Shown here piece by piece: positions 51,301 through 64,000 of a stretch of 64,000 nt of DNA. Each line of letters begins with the position of its first letter. Position 1 is the first letter of the stretch. The stretch covers positions 1-64,000 of the forward strand of contig FLMG01002540.1 of assembly GCA_900088475.1 (NCBI GenBank). Reading direction: 5' to 3'. The notes beneath the pieces were generated by a model. It had not been told where the DNA came from, did no database searches, and saw only the letters and a list, made by a program, of their open reading frames with translations. This stretch comes from Hyphochytrium catenoides (lineage: Eukaryota > Protista > Hyphochytriomycota). A program made the translations under genes and the position numbers.

Positions 51301-53767
51301 CTTGAATTGAACTATTGAGAAGGTGACTGACTTTGTCCTAGGATCCTCCCCAATTCAAAGAGCTTGTTCAGGAGTCGCTGAGACGACAAGTTACTGCCAT
51401 CAACAAGCTAGCCTCAAAGGTATCATCTCTTTCATTTTGATAATCCACTGTCAGTGTCTTAGCCATTTTCGACGTTGCATCATAGCTCACGCCCAATTCG
51501 GCTCACCCTGTCAAGTACTCATCTCCTTTGTCCCTTCTCTTATGTCCCGGTTTCGAAGGGTATGCGATTCTGGGACTACGGTAACTCTTTCCTGCTAGAG
51601 GCTAGTAGGGCTGGGGCGGATGTGCTTCGGAGTAAGGATCAGAAACCTGCGGAAGATGTAAGTCAATTGCCAAGCAGGGGGGCGGAGACAACTTCAAAAT
51701 AGAGTAGGAAATTTATTGAAGGAGATAAGTGAGTCTTCATGATCAAGGAGCGCTGGGTGGAGCCAAGTAAAGATGGCACACAATTGAGGGGAGCAAGAAC
51801 CGTGAGACCGTTGACGTCCTTGACACAGTTGTGTTTCTCATCCCATTACTTCTCTCGGCTTGTTGATAGGAGGATGCCACAGACGATCTTTTGTTTCGGT
51901 ACCCATCGTATGTCCAGGATATCATGGGAGACATATTCTCCTTAGGCTTTGGTCCGTTCCGATGGGTGTGCTGCTCAGGAGAAGAAGAAGGTGATAGGCC
52001 ATCGGCACTGCGAACGCCAAACATACCTTCGAACGCTTTCCACCTGTTGTTTAATGCGTCCTAAAGAGCTGGCGTAAAGAGCTGGCAGATTGCCGTCTTC
52101 GGGTATCAAGCTATCCTTTGCCCCGCCGATTGACTAACAGATATCTTGCCTTGAATATAGTTCAGCCCTAAACCTGTAACTGTGCTTGATCCAAAAGACG
52201 AAGCATTCTCACACTAATCGGACGCTTTCTTTGTGCCTTGCTCTAGATCTGAGACTGACGGATAGATTGGCAGAGGAAGTTCTAGTCCAGCTACTAGAAG
52301 CGGCGGACAACCGAGTTGCGGCTCAACTCAAAGATAATATCAAGTGGATTAGACAGGTTAGTTCCTTCCTGCTTCTTGTTTTCCTGGCCCTTGGATAAAG
52401 AGGAGGAACGAAGTGCCTGCGTCAGCGAAGAAAGCTACATATGTGTATTAAGTGAACAACAGCAGTAAGCACATAGGCCGAGATGGATTCCAATAGGCAT
52501 GGCGTACCAACTCGGTGATCAGTTACGGAAATAGAACTCAAGAAAGGAGAAACTTCACCTGTGTTTTCTATATCAGCTTCTTTCTCGAGGTGAACTCTTC
52601 CTTATCGTCGCCATTGATTGCCACTGGCAGGCGGAAGAGAACAAGTTGGTCGTGGGCTCGATGGCTAGAATCCTTTATGCGCATGCAGAAGGCCGGGTCA
52701 AGATTGCCCTTGCTATGAATGGAGCGATCCGCGAAGGAAGACTAAGGGGACCAGTGGTAAGGAGGCAGCTTTAAAGCACGATTTTTCGGCTGTTCCATAT
52801 TCTACTACTTTTGAAAAACAAGTCTAAAACGAGCGTTGGCCCGTCCCCAAGGTCCTGAGCCGTGACCATCATGATGTAAGTGGCACCGACAGTCCATTTC
52901 GAGAAACTTCGAATGTCTATGATGGCTCCGCCTTCTGCGCAGATATGGCGGTGCAGGTAAGGACCCAGCCTTTGCAGCCCCCGTTTCGTTTCTTGGCTCC
53001 CTCCATCCCTTTTTTTCCATGCCGTAGCCGTACAAGATCACCCCTCCTACCACCCTTTTCCTTCGCTAGGCATATGTATATCTCTCGAGCTAGCACTATT
53101 CAGTTTCAACCGCCAACCTTTCCTTGTGCTTTCCTGCTTCACAGAACTGCATCGGCGACGCATTTCGAGGGGCCACCTGGGTAGCATTGCATAATGGAGG
53201 AGGTGTCGGCTGGGGAGAGGTGAGATGCTAGAAGAGCCATACAAGACGGCGATCCTTCCTTCTTGCCTCAAATTAGCTAGTCTCTGATCCTCATCACTGT
53301 CAATGATCCCTGCAGAGTGACACATGTCTCCCCTCTACTTCTGCAACAACCCGTGGTGCATCAGTTATCTTTGCTTCGTCTTTTCGCTTGACTCTCCCAG
53401 ACTCTATGTGGTTCATCTGAAGCCCCTCCATCTTCTCAACCTTGGTAGGTCATGAATGGCGGTTTTGGCCTCGTTTTAGATGGCACCGAGGATGCTGGAA
53501 GGAGGGCGGAGTTAATGCTGGGCTGGGATGTTAACAACGGAGTTTGCAGGAGAGCATGGGCTAGAAATGAAAATGCTGAGGCAGCCATCAGGCGGGAAAT
53601 GGATAAAGACCCGAAAGTAAGATCATCAGGGCCCAAGTTTCTGTTTTATTGCTCTCCATCCCCTAACTGCAACGCGCCATTTCAATGGTAAACAGCTTCG
53701 CGTTACACTTCCTGTCCACGCCAGTCGTGATTTATTGGACTCAGTGGTCGCAAAAAAGTTTGAGTAG
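48371..53767 (+). CDS. UROC1: Urocanate hydratase (urocanase), long eukaryotic type, multi-exon
   Basis: VPHAPRR, ALKNALRYFP, GHIYMHRFRP, NNLDPRVAQFPHELITYGGNG, MYSGHPLGLFPS, YGQMTAGSYCYIGPQGIVHGT, SGLGGMSGAQPKA, FWDYGNSF, YPSYVQDIMGDIFSLGFGPFRWVC, SRDHHDVSGTDSPFRETSN, HNGGGVGWGE, NGGFGLVLDG. Stop TAG 53765-53767. Confidence 0.96.
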
Positions 53768-53913
53768 TCATTTTTCGGTTTGAACCATATCCATCGATAG
53801 CATGGTCTTCATCTGCAGATCGAGCAGAAGCCCGATAATGGCTGCTGATTCTCTGGAGTTAACCTTACCAGGATACGCTTTTTATCAATTGGAGGCAGAA
53901 TAGCCTTCCATAA

Positions 53914-56900
53914 TTAACTACTCAGAGTTGCTGGATTGTCTGGACCAATACCTTTGTCAACCACATTAGGAATTGGATTGGAGCGCAGGGCCGCCTCTAA
54001 GAGATTTATACACAGCTCCTGGTTATCGCTGCATTGCGATAGCTTCACTACCGAGCTAAAGATGGAGTCATTTCCCTCTTTTGTTAAAGGAGAAGTGGAC
54101 CTAAGGAGAAGGTTTGAGGTTGGGAGTGGGGCATTATTAGGGGAAATTCCGGGCCTAACATGTCAGAGAGGAAGAATAGCGCCAGGAGTTGTATGCGGTA
54201 CCAAGAGCTAGACGGTAGTACTAGCTTGCGACAGAAAGTCTTCATGAGAAAAACCTGAAGCCTAGAGCACAAAGTTAGCCTCTTCCTCACCAGTTGACAT
54301 GAAGTAAGAGCTCTCTTGCAATGCGCAACGTGTACTTCGATGGAAAGGCACATTCGCCACGTAAGCGATTGTCTAGAAACTAGTTGTGTCAGGTTTGAGG
54401 GACGGAGTGAGATACTTGACCACATTCACAGCAGCATACTCTCAGTTTACCTCGAACACCATGGTATGGTCGTCAACGTCCAGAATTTCCATCATCTTTT
54501 GTGCTAATGATGAAAGGAACTGCCCCGACTCCTGGAACTTGCGGTCGATTACTCCCTGGAACACAGCGCCTAGTGGCTCGCAGCCTTGTTGGAGGCAGGC
54601 AGATCGGAAGGCGGCGGTTTCCTGTAGTTCGCAAACCCGAGGAACGAACGTTATAAATGACGCTCAAAGGGCAAGTGGCAATGAGCACCAACGACCTCTC
54701 AAGCCATCACCAGCGATTCATCAAATTGTTTCCACCTTCCAATGACAAGCCAATGAGCTGAGATGGACCCCAAAGACGAATCAACGGTACAGCGAGGCAT
54801 TGCCATCAACAAAGACTAAGACTTGTCCTCCACAATGAGCACACTGTTGCGGAGAATCCCGGACCAAGAGCAATGCGGTAATGGGTTATTACCTGTAAAA
54901 AAGCTGAGCACTGCTGCTCCTCATAATCCGGCGCAGATGGTAGTCGAAACAGCTGATCCATCTTCTGAAGAAAACGTGGGAGAACACCCAGGACATTTAA
55001 AACAAAGGCGCCCGTGGGAGTCTCCATGGCTGGGTAAATCACCTCGGAAAGGTGCGGAAGGCGTAAGAACCTGGTTCGTAGCCAAACAACGGCAAAGTCT
55101 TGTTAGCGTTATGAACGAGCTAAAGGGCATAGGGACTCAGGTTCTTACAGCTCCAACAGCTCATGGGCAGTATCCTGAGTAGCTCTAAAGTCAAGGCCAA
55201 GTAACACGCGAGGGAGGAGAGACGAATCTTCGGAGGCCCAACCATTCGGACGACACGAAAGTACAACGTCTAGCGCCAATTCTTCCTCATGCCCTTCAAG
55301 CTTCTGAAGGATGAGGCTGACAAGCTTTAGACTTAGAGCAAACAGTGAGGCCAACGCTTCCCCTTCCCCTGGCTGTGCCTCTACAACACTAGCTGATGAG
55401 GAGCCAAGCAGGGCGACCGCGGCCCACAAGATCTTTGGGAAGACAAGAATGGAGGAAGACTGCATGGCCGTCACCATTTCCTGCAGAGTGAGAATTATGT
55501 CCTCTACCTCTTGCTCGTCGACGACATCATAGCTAATGGCCTGCAACTCTGAAGTCAGCAAACGAAGCTGAAGTACCATATAGATAGAGAACAAAAAAAG
55601 CACCCAGAAGTGGCAGTATGCGCAAAACCTGGTATGATGTAAATGAATAAGCAAAGAGGAAACCGACCTGCTGCAGGCTCTTGAGAAGCCTATCACAATG
55701 TGCGGGGTTGAACTCAGGTTTCAGACTCCTGTAGATCCGTAAGTTTGACCTTTGCAGTATTCTTAACTCTTTGTCTTTGTAAGATCCTGTCCCTAGATGA
55801 GCTCCTCCTTCAGAAAGAAACCACTGCGAGACATCGTGTGCCCAAAGCTGGACAATTTCCTTATTCTAAGATGAAAGATGGCTTAGTTGGGCATATGTCA
55901 TAGGACACTGTAGAAAGAGCAATGGTTCTTTCTCTTGGCAGGAAAGGAAGAGTGGCACATTACCCAGGCCATCAATTCCTTGATATTGCGAATAAAGCCA
56001 TCCACCGTCATCTCCTTCAAGGTCTCGACTACATCACTAAGTGAAGCCTCTTGCGCTAACAAGGAGAAAGAGATAGGGGTTTAGTACGTCAGGATTACGG
56101 TGAGTTACTTGAAGGAGTGCCACGCCTGGCGCAAGCGCAAGCCAAAGTAAAGCAGCGAAAGCAGTACTGGTCTTCTGTCACATTTTCTCCGAGCTGAGAT
56201 CTCCATCATCTATTCTCTATAAGCTCGGAGAGAGGTCTAATCTGTTTCTCCTACCTCTAGCCTTATTTCTTTCGATTGATTTCCGCGCCCGCGGCCTCCC
56301 GGTGTGCTCATACTCCTGTGGAAATTTGCACATGCTGTATAGCAGGTACCCAGCACAGGTATGGCAGTGCTGGATGAGGAGTTCCCGCACTACGGATGAA
56401 TGGATCATGCTGTAAACATGCTGGTTTCCCTGCGTGAGGTAGAGGCGCAAGGGTTACGTCGGCAGACTGATACTAGGAACAAAGACTGAGCTCTCGTCCT
56501 TGGGGTGGTAGGTTGAATCAAAGAGCTCTGCTTTAAGGACTAGATTTTATGCCCGCGAGAGCGTTGGAGGAACATATTGCAAAGAGCTCAAGACTATAGC
56601 GCATATACAATAAAGGAGCGATTCACCCGCCGCAGTCCGGGATAACATTCCCTAAAGAGATGACGTGGTTTTGGTACCTGGTCTGCTGGTTCCACAAGCG
56701 ATAGACTCATTGCGCAGCAATGTAAAAGGTAGATACACCATTGCGCGAAGGCTTGGGGATGATTTAGTGAGTGGCTAGCAAGCTCACTGAGAAGGAGGGT
56801 TGCAATGCAAATGTCCTAGTCAACCCAAACATTAGAGAGAACAGTAATCGACCCAATGATAACGGCTGTTCCATTCTCAGACTTACTTCTCCTAACGTTG

Positions 56901-59900
56901 GAGCTCCTCCAGGCAATCCTAGACATGTAGAATGAGCTCTTGACTGGAAGCAAAGAAAACTCATCCCATATTCTTACTCCTCTCCCAAAGTAATAGCAGT
57001 GGAGGAGAGTATGACTTGAAAGTACTAATAGAAACCAGCTACGAATATGATTTGAAAGTACAAACAGAAGCCAGCTTCGAAAGAGAGCATTGAAAACAAT
57101 TCATACCATGATGTTCCTCCGAAACACTATTTTGAGATGAATGAGACCGGCCCTTCTCCCTGGCAGGGTCAAATTGGTTCGACTCGACTAGAGGCCGCAC
57201 CAGGGCTGTCGAAAATAGGGAGATGGCGAGTTGAGTGTGAGGCTAATGAAAGGACGGACCAGAGCACAAAACGATTCTCGAATGAACCAGTAAGCAGTGG
57301 ACACGATGAATCTGTTCACTCCTGCCAAGTATAGGTAAAGGACCGTAGATTAAACCTCAGGGGGAGGACTAGAGCAACTTAGCCAACTCTAGAGGATACC
57401 TGCCGCCATTGATCTTGGTAATAGTGGAGATAGTGCAGTCTCCAACACAATGTCCAGTGCTCTTTCCGTCTGACCTATCCACCATAAGATGACCTTTCCT
57501 ACCCCGAGGGATCTCAATAAAGTCGAAGTCGAAGGGATTTGCAGTGACAATGTGCTCCGCAGCTGAGAGTGGATCTTCTGTTGAATATACAGAAAGATCA
57601 TGGCTGTATTTGCCCCTCTCTCTTCCTGCGCTAATGCTCTCCAAAGAGCACAAAGAGGAAGGGCGAAATCTTCTTGTGACTGCTCCAAAAATGACCCTGT
57701 GACTTCAAAAAGGAGCTCAAGAAGAGCTCCCTTGTCTGCTTCCCCTTTGTCTCGATTACATGCATCTTTTTCTTCTTCCGTTACCTCTGTGACCAAGGTA
57801 ATGTTTGAGACCCAGGGAACCATTGCAACCATCATACGGCGTACTGAGGGAGTTGGGAGGTACTTGAGACAAGAGAAAACATTTGTGACCAGGGCTAGGC
57901 TTTCATCTGGAAATACCTCCGCAATGTCGGATGAGGCCATAGCCTAAGGAGCATCAGTAGAGTCAGACAAAGCAGACAGCGATATTAAATTCATGTAGCG
58001 AATACTAACGGGTTCCATGAGACATAATGCGACGGTAAAAAGCTCACGAAGCGAGTGAGTTTGAAAGGACCCCAACGATGCCTCACTGAAGGCAAGAACT
58101 ACCTGAGTACGGCTTAGTAGGAGATCCTGTAGCAATAGGCACTGTGCACTGTCTGGAATGACCTCAGGGAGCTTTGGAGAGATGTGTCCTATTCCATGCG
58201 CTATTAAAGTAAGAGCGCCTTGAAAAGAGGAGGAACTAACATGCACAAACCTTCCATTAGCGACGAAGTCCGGCAGCCCTTACTCTTCCTCGCCCTTAAC
58301 ACCTTCATCACTCTCAAGGCAGCATTCCGCAGTTGCTCTCTGCCCTCGCCAGCGTAGTAGATAGAGGAATGAAGAAGAGCTGGGACTGCCAGGGGGACAT
58401 CAAGAATTCGATCCTCTAATTGAGTGATGAGCTCCGAGAGGACAACGTAATATTTCTCTTCGACTATGGAATCTGGCGATACATCGGGGGCAGCAGAGGA
58501 AAAGGACCGTCATATAGAGTAAACCGAGAGCTACTGAAACGGGATGATCAATGTCAGAGAAAGGCCGCCTCTAATATGGCGATTATGCAAGAAGAGTTCA
58601 CCCTTTTGAGCATACGAGACCTGACTTCAGTTAGGTAAGCTAAATTTGAACACGTACCATGTGTGACCAAGGCTTCGGGATTAATGACAGGACGGGTACG
58701 ATAAATGACAGTCGGTATTGCCATCTTATTGTTCAAAAGGAGATGCTTCAAACCTTTGGGAGCAAAGAGACTTTAAGGTGAGGCCCTACTTCATCGTAAG
58801 ATGGTTTGTCAGCCAAACATATACAACACTGAATGAACGAAGATCGCGAGGATGAGGTATATATTTCTTCTGTTTCCAAAACAGAAGCAAGAATTATCCC
58901 TTGGCTTATATATTTGTCCCTTCACGCACCTAAGCAGGCCGCAATGTGTAGATGCTCTTCTAAGATAGTCCTTGACCCTTCGCTGCTCCTAGAAGTCACT
59001 TCAAATATCATATCTATCCAAGTTAAGGCAGGGCTGTTCGTGTCAAAACCTGCCTCCTCGCATTTCTCTTTCGCACTTAGAGGTATGCGCAAGAGAAAAG
59101 AGAGGGCAGATGATGAGCATAGAGCCAAAGCAGCACTTCTTCTTTCCCTTCGTAGTGCCTCCTCATCTTTCCCGGTGGAACTTGCGGAGTCTGACGCCGG
59201 AAAGACGACTCCAAGTGCTTGTTTCAGCGACGATCCAAGGTCAACCTTGTCTGTATGAGACGTTAGGAGGATGAACAACAGTCAGGCTTCTGAATGATAC
59301 AGACGATGAAGTAGGTTGAGATGCGATAGTATCATAGTATCGACCTAAAGTTGGCGAGAAATGTTTGGGTTGGTTATGAGCGTAAAGATATCTTTCGTGA
59401 TTACCTAGTCTTGGGCAGTCTCCAACTCTCTTGACCTCGCATGGTCCAAAGGATGCTATCTCCATGATAGAGAATTTGGATTCCCGCAGGTCTCCGCACC
59501 AAGAGACCAGGGTCTCCAACCAGAGCTGTTTTAGGTCCTGTTCCACTTTAAAGTGTTCACCTAAGAAGAGACGAATAGGTAAAGAGAAGAGCACGTTGGT
59601 ATAGCACCCGGAAAGTACTGAATATCGTTTTGGATCATTGACCTGATAAGGTATGGAGCACCACGCTTGTCAACAGACTGCAATAGTCGATCACCATGCG
59701 ACACAAGAGGGGTGAGAAAGGATGGTTCTGAATATCTTTCTTATTGCGCGGGAGCTCCTGTCTCGCTCGCTTCATGTAGGCTAGGACGCGTTCCCTAGTC
59801 GTACGTAGCTCCCTGCTCGACAAGGAAATAAAGAAGTAAGATATCGATTCTTACATTCTTAGGGCAAGATGGATTCACAAGGGTCAGTAACAAAGTAAGC

Positions 59901-62900
59901 TGATCGAGAAGGATCTAAAAGTAATATGACAAAAACCGCCTACGACTATCACGACAACGATCTTAGTAGGTGGAGAAAGATTTTTGTATGAAGAGGAGAA
60001 AGGTGGTGGAGAGACAGTGTATAGACGTTGGGGGTTTGACCAGTTTGTCTTTTCAAGTCTTTCCGCGATGCGTGCAAAGCATTGACCTACGGCGGCCCTC
60101 AAGTTCAGTATGCTAATTGTCCGCAAGTATTTTGACTTTTCTGCCTTTGAGGCCCTGCAGATACATACAAAGTCAGATGTTCTGTCTCTAGATACGCAAG
60201 GTACCCATAGGAGAATAAAGAGTGTCTCAATCGGGTGGTCGCTCTTGAAGCCTATAACGTTCTCTTTACCTTCGACCCACTGATTTTGCGTGATGTGATT
60301 CAGCCATCCCACTGTCGGCTCCAGGCTCCATCGGATCTAAAGAGAGAACGATGAGGCTCGCAGCTCATGTAGAAAGATACCAATGCTTTTTGCTCTCAAC
60401 CTGCTCCCTAAGCTATAAGTCCCTTCCCATTCCCGCTCTCGATCTTACTCTTTTTGTAGGTCAATGTTCTTCTCTTTATCAGCACCCAGCACATCACTTG
60501 CCGACGTCTGGGGCTCATTCGCATATGGATCCTGTCGATCAAGTCTTTCTAGCTCTGCAATGTACACTTCTTCCTACCGGGATTCTGAGAATAGGCTCCT
60601 ATTTCATGGGCTGCAAGCGCATCTATCGCCAGATCTTGCACGGAGAAGTGACAGAAACCGAGCGCCATGGTGGCCGCTTCTCGCTGGAGCCCACAGCCGG
60701 AGTTGAGAAAGGTGCTCACCCTATGAAAGAGCTCCCTTATAGTAGACGGGTGTGGGGCACCGTCATCCTCCCATTCCGCGGATTGATTATTACTGAGCTT
60801 GGAGGCTAAGAGGGACGAAATTCGGCAAACGTATGGCTCAATCAGGATCTCCAACGAGCAGAGCAGAAGCCACGACACAATTTTACAGATACAATTGAAG
60901 ACAGACGCAAGCCAATATAACTCATCAACATTTGAGGAGAGGACTGGAAACCGGGAAGCCAACATTACTGTCAAGAAGCTCCACGAAGATGTTGCTTACC
61001 ACTTCGTCCTCTGGAAGGCGAAGCTGGAGCTGGTGGCAACTTACCACCCGCTGAGGACGGTGATTGGGGGGAGGGGGTCTTTCTAGGGGATAGAAGACGG
61101 TGGCGCACGGAGGTCGCGCAAGCAAAAATTGCGGTATTGCGCCAGCGCCAGATGCGCTGTATCCCAGCCTCATCTTCCGTCTGTTGGCCTAATATCACGA
61201 CATGTGAGCAACTAAACCTCATAGGAACATGCGGCAAGCTAGGTTCTAGTGAGGGCAATGTGCAGAATAGAGAAAGCAATAAGTTGCGTGGAAAAAAAAG
61301 CATAGTAAAATCAGGTCGAGGACCCTAGGACTAGGCGGCTCGGCTATCACTACTTCACAGAGACAGATAAACCTCCCTCAAGAGGATAATGGTAAACCTC
61401 TAACCGCCTAGCAGTATTTACAAATAGCATGGCTACTTCATGACGTTTCGATTGGACCCTACCCGCAGCAAGAAGCTCCGGTTCCAGCTGATAGACTTTG
61501 GCGCACATCTCTGTCCAGTTTCCCAGCACTTCTTGGGGGCAGGCCTTGCAGACCTGCGAGAGAAACAACCCCAAGAACTCGGACCAACGAGAGTGGTGGT
61601 AGGCATTCGATCCCTGGTAAATGGGAAAAGCATAAAGTTCAGCCATGAAGGAGGGCGCGCTCAAAAACAATTGGAAAATGACCCCGCTGATCTCTCGCAG
61701 ACACCAACTACAGGATAAGGAGTAGTTGTGTGCGTTATATTAGAAAACCCAATGCCATGTCACGAAGAGACTTTCACTAGTCCATCTCCTTACTTCAGCA
61801 AGCCACCATGTCGTGCCCTTCGTGCATTTAGCAGCCTTTCCATCTTCTGGTGACAGACAAAATCGCTGATAGAGCGCCGCCTCCAAACCGTCAAGGGTAG
61901 CCATCACGCTCTCTTCTTTGTTTTCTGGCTCTGCTGTCTCATTCCAGGATCTAAGATGGCGAGCCACCAGAAGGCGAATACTTCGGATTTTGTCCAGAAA
62001 AGTCAGAGTGCGCAAGCGCAGAGGTGGAGCAAGCTCACATAAGAGGCGTAGGCCAAGATTTTCTGATTGAAGGAGGGTTTGGCGAAGAACCCTTTCTCTT
62101 TGCTCCCAGCTACCCTTTCGCCTTGCCACGTCTTCCAGTAGCTTCAGCCACGACGTTGAGGGAAGAAGAATTGGCAGAAATCAACCAAGGCTGTCAGCAA
62201 TGTGACCTACTGGTCCAGTGATGGTCCCATTGTAACCGAAGGAATCAAGCTTACATTTACTGCCCCAGCTTCTAATATCTCTTCGAGGAGACCCAGCTCC
62301 ATTACACAGGCGCCCTCATCGCCCTCATGAGAAGATAATATGTGGTCCATCAAGCCCTGTCGAGGACACGATCAACATCAGACAAACCAAGAGGCACAGA
62401 GTTAGCGAATATAAAACGGAAACGAAAGGAGGGAGCGCCAAGTAGAGCTTCTTCCTACCCGCCCAATCTCTCTTAAGGAAGTGGCCTCCCTATCAACAAT
62501 AGTCCTCAGGACAGCAGCTGTCCTTAATCTGCGGCATCAGTTTGACAGGGAATGAATTTAGAACTAATATCGAGGCGGGAACAAGACACTTTAGGGCCAT
62601 GAAGGCGCAATGGGACTCCTTCTCTAACAGGCCACACGTTTGGATCCCACTTACCTTATCTCTTCATCGTGGTGTACAGCGGAGCGACCAAGGATGATCA
62701 TCAGCTGTTGATAGCTTAGCTGGGAGGGTATTAGGTACATCAATGTTGCAATAGCAGCCCGGTAAACCTGAGTGGAATTTGACATGAATTAAGTCCAAGA
62801 GTTGACCAAGCGATAAGGTGCGTTTTAGTTACGTGCTCTATTAATGCGAGAACAGCATAGGCAAAGAGAGATGCTAAGCCCATGGTACTACCTGAAGACC

Positions 62901-64000
62901 TATCGGAAGGACGTTATCGTTATGCGCCTTCGTAGTGTTGTTGGTTCCAGAAGTAGCCGTCAGCGACAGACCGCCTGAAGAGTTCAAGGGTCACATTTAC
63001 TTTCGTTTCCACAATCTTCCTATCGTACCCAATACCTTACCGATCTCACTATCACAAGCAGTAAGGATGTGACCGACAGTGCTACTCAGCTTTGACTCAT
63101 AAAGGGCAATAGCATCTTTGTCGACGTGGTGGGAAGAAAGTGTCTGGAGATGTAGGACTTAATAATGGAAGGATACAGGTGGTAATGAATGTATCGCCTA
63201 TGGCAGAAGAGTCAATGAGGGCAACCTTGGTAACTCCTAGAAGGGACGGAAGGGGATTTGCAATGAAGGATTGAGGTTGAGTCCACTCCTCCTTCTCCCA
63301 AACGACTCTGCGGGGTGCATGCTCTGGCTCGGCCTGGTCTTTTTCAGATCTCCTGTGTTGGCTAAGCTATTATGAGAGGCAGATGAAGGGAGGACAGAAT
63401 CTTAGACCGACCGGCCCCATGAAGTACAAAGTATGGAAGCAAAGGGATGCCTGAGACGGATAGTATGGGCCTGAATGTGCCATTCATTCGAATATCCAAA
63501 AAAATGGTCAAGCCTACCTGAAGGACCGTCAGCAGGGAGGACAGACCCAAGAGAGTCCTTTCAGAGATAACGTGTTCCTTATCCTGAAGAAGAGGGAGTA
63601 GGAGCTGATGGACTAGGAAGTCTAAGTGGTGTTCCGCACAAATGGCCGTGAAGTCCACTATGGAGCTTGTCAGGGTAGCGAAATTGTTGGCCGCTTGTGT
63701 TGCTGCTTTAAACCTCGTTGATAAATAGAGCTTCTGAGAGACCTTTTGCAGAAGAGAAAGAGACTCCGCAGCTGTCTTGGCGTCTACATGGGCAGATCAT
63801 GCACATGGTACGGAGAGCGACTGATCAGCACACAAGAGCGCCAACGTTAAAAGTCTAAGACTTTGGTATCATGAAGAAGCCAGCTAAAGTGCAGGGGGCG
63901 TCTCAGGACAATACCTGGGACTTATGGGCCTGTAACGGCTTACCATCAATATTTTGTCCTTCATCTGCCTTTCTTATCATAAAGGCCCTGGTGAGGACAT
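53914..64000 (-). CDS. Furry/Tao3/Mor2 (MOR2-PAG1) cell-morphogenesis scaffold; 5' part lies outside the window; multi-exon
   Basis: Helical-repeat exons with family-like motifs: ICAEHHLDFLVHQLL...ERTLLGL, WRWRNTAIFACA, RELFHRVSTFL...REAATMALGFCH, MVPWVSNITL, FPKILWAAVALLGSS, LLPRVLLGL, LNVLGVLPRFLQ. The last exon ends ...NPATLSS* at 53914. Confidence 0.8.

Noticed and set aside
1-64000. CRISPR arrays, tRNA/rRNA genes, prokaryotic operons or alternative genetic code
   Set aside because: No repeat-spacer periodicity or tRNA/rRNA motifs were seen. The fragmented ORFs are explained by GT-AG introns with standard stop codons.

Overview
Intron-rich eukaryotic genomic DNA. Introns are GT-AG with CTAAC/CTGAC-like branch points, GC is roughly balanced, and there are two N gaps. 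The gene content suggests a protist, possibly stramenopile-like; this is inference only. All gene models were spliced by hand. In order: the 3' end of a HAD/pseudouridine-5'-phosphatase-like gene; a FAM194/C3orf20-like gene with nested thioredoxin-like, receiver-like and Zn-ribbon modules; a 4-finger C2H2 factor head-to-head with a bZIP gene; a secreted GH46 chitosanase; a class C GPCR whose ectodomain is two PstS-like periplasmic-binding domains; a gene-poor stretch holding an orphan Cys/His zinc-finger ORF and a bacterial-looking GNAT; a PH + NTF2/SnoaL-like + AGC kinase; an ATG1/ULK kinase ending in two tandem Atg11/FIP200 Claw domains; histidine ammonia-lyase and urocanate hydratase head-to-head around a motif-rich spacer; and the 3' part of a Furry/Tao3 (MOR2-PAG1) gene. 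The best candidates for new biology are the ATG1-Claw-Claw fusion, the PstS-PstS-GPCR, the eukaryotic hut gene pair with a shared promoter, and the GH46 chitosanase. I recognised no rRNA, tRNA, CRISPR array or intact mobile element.
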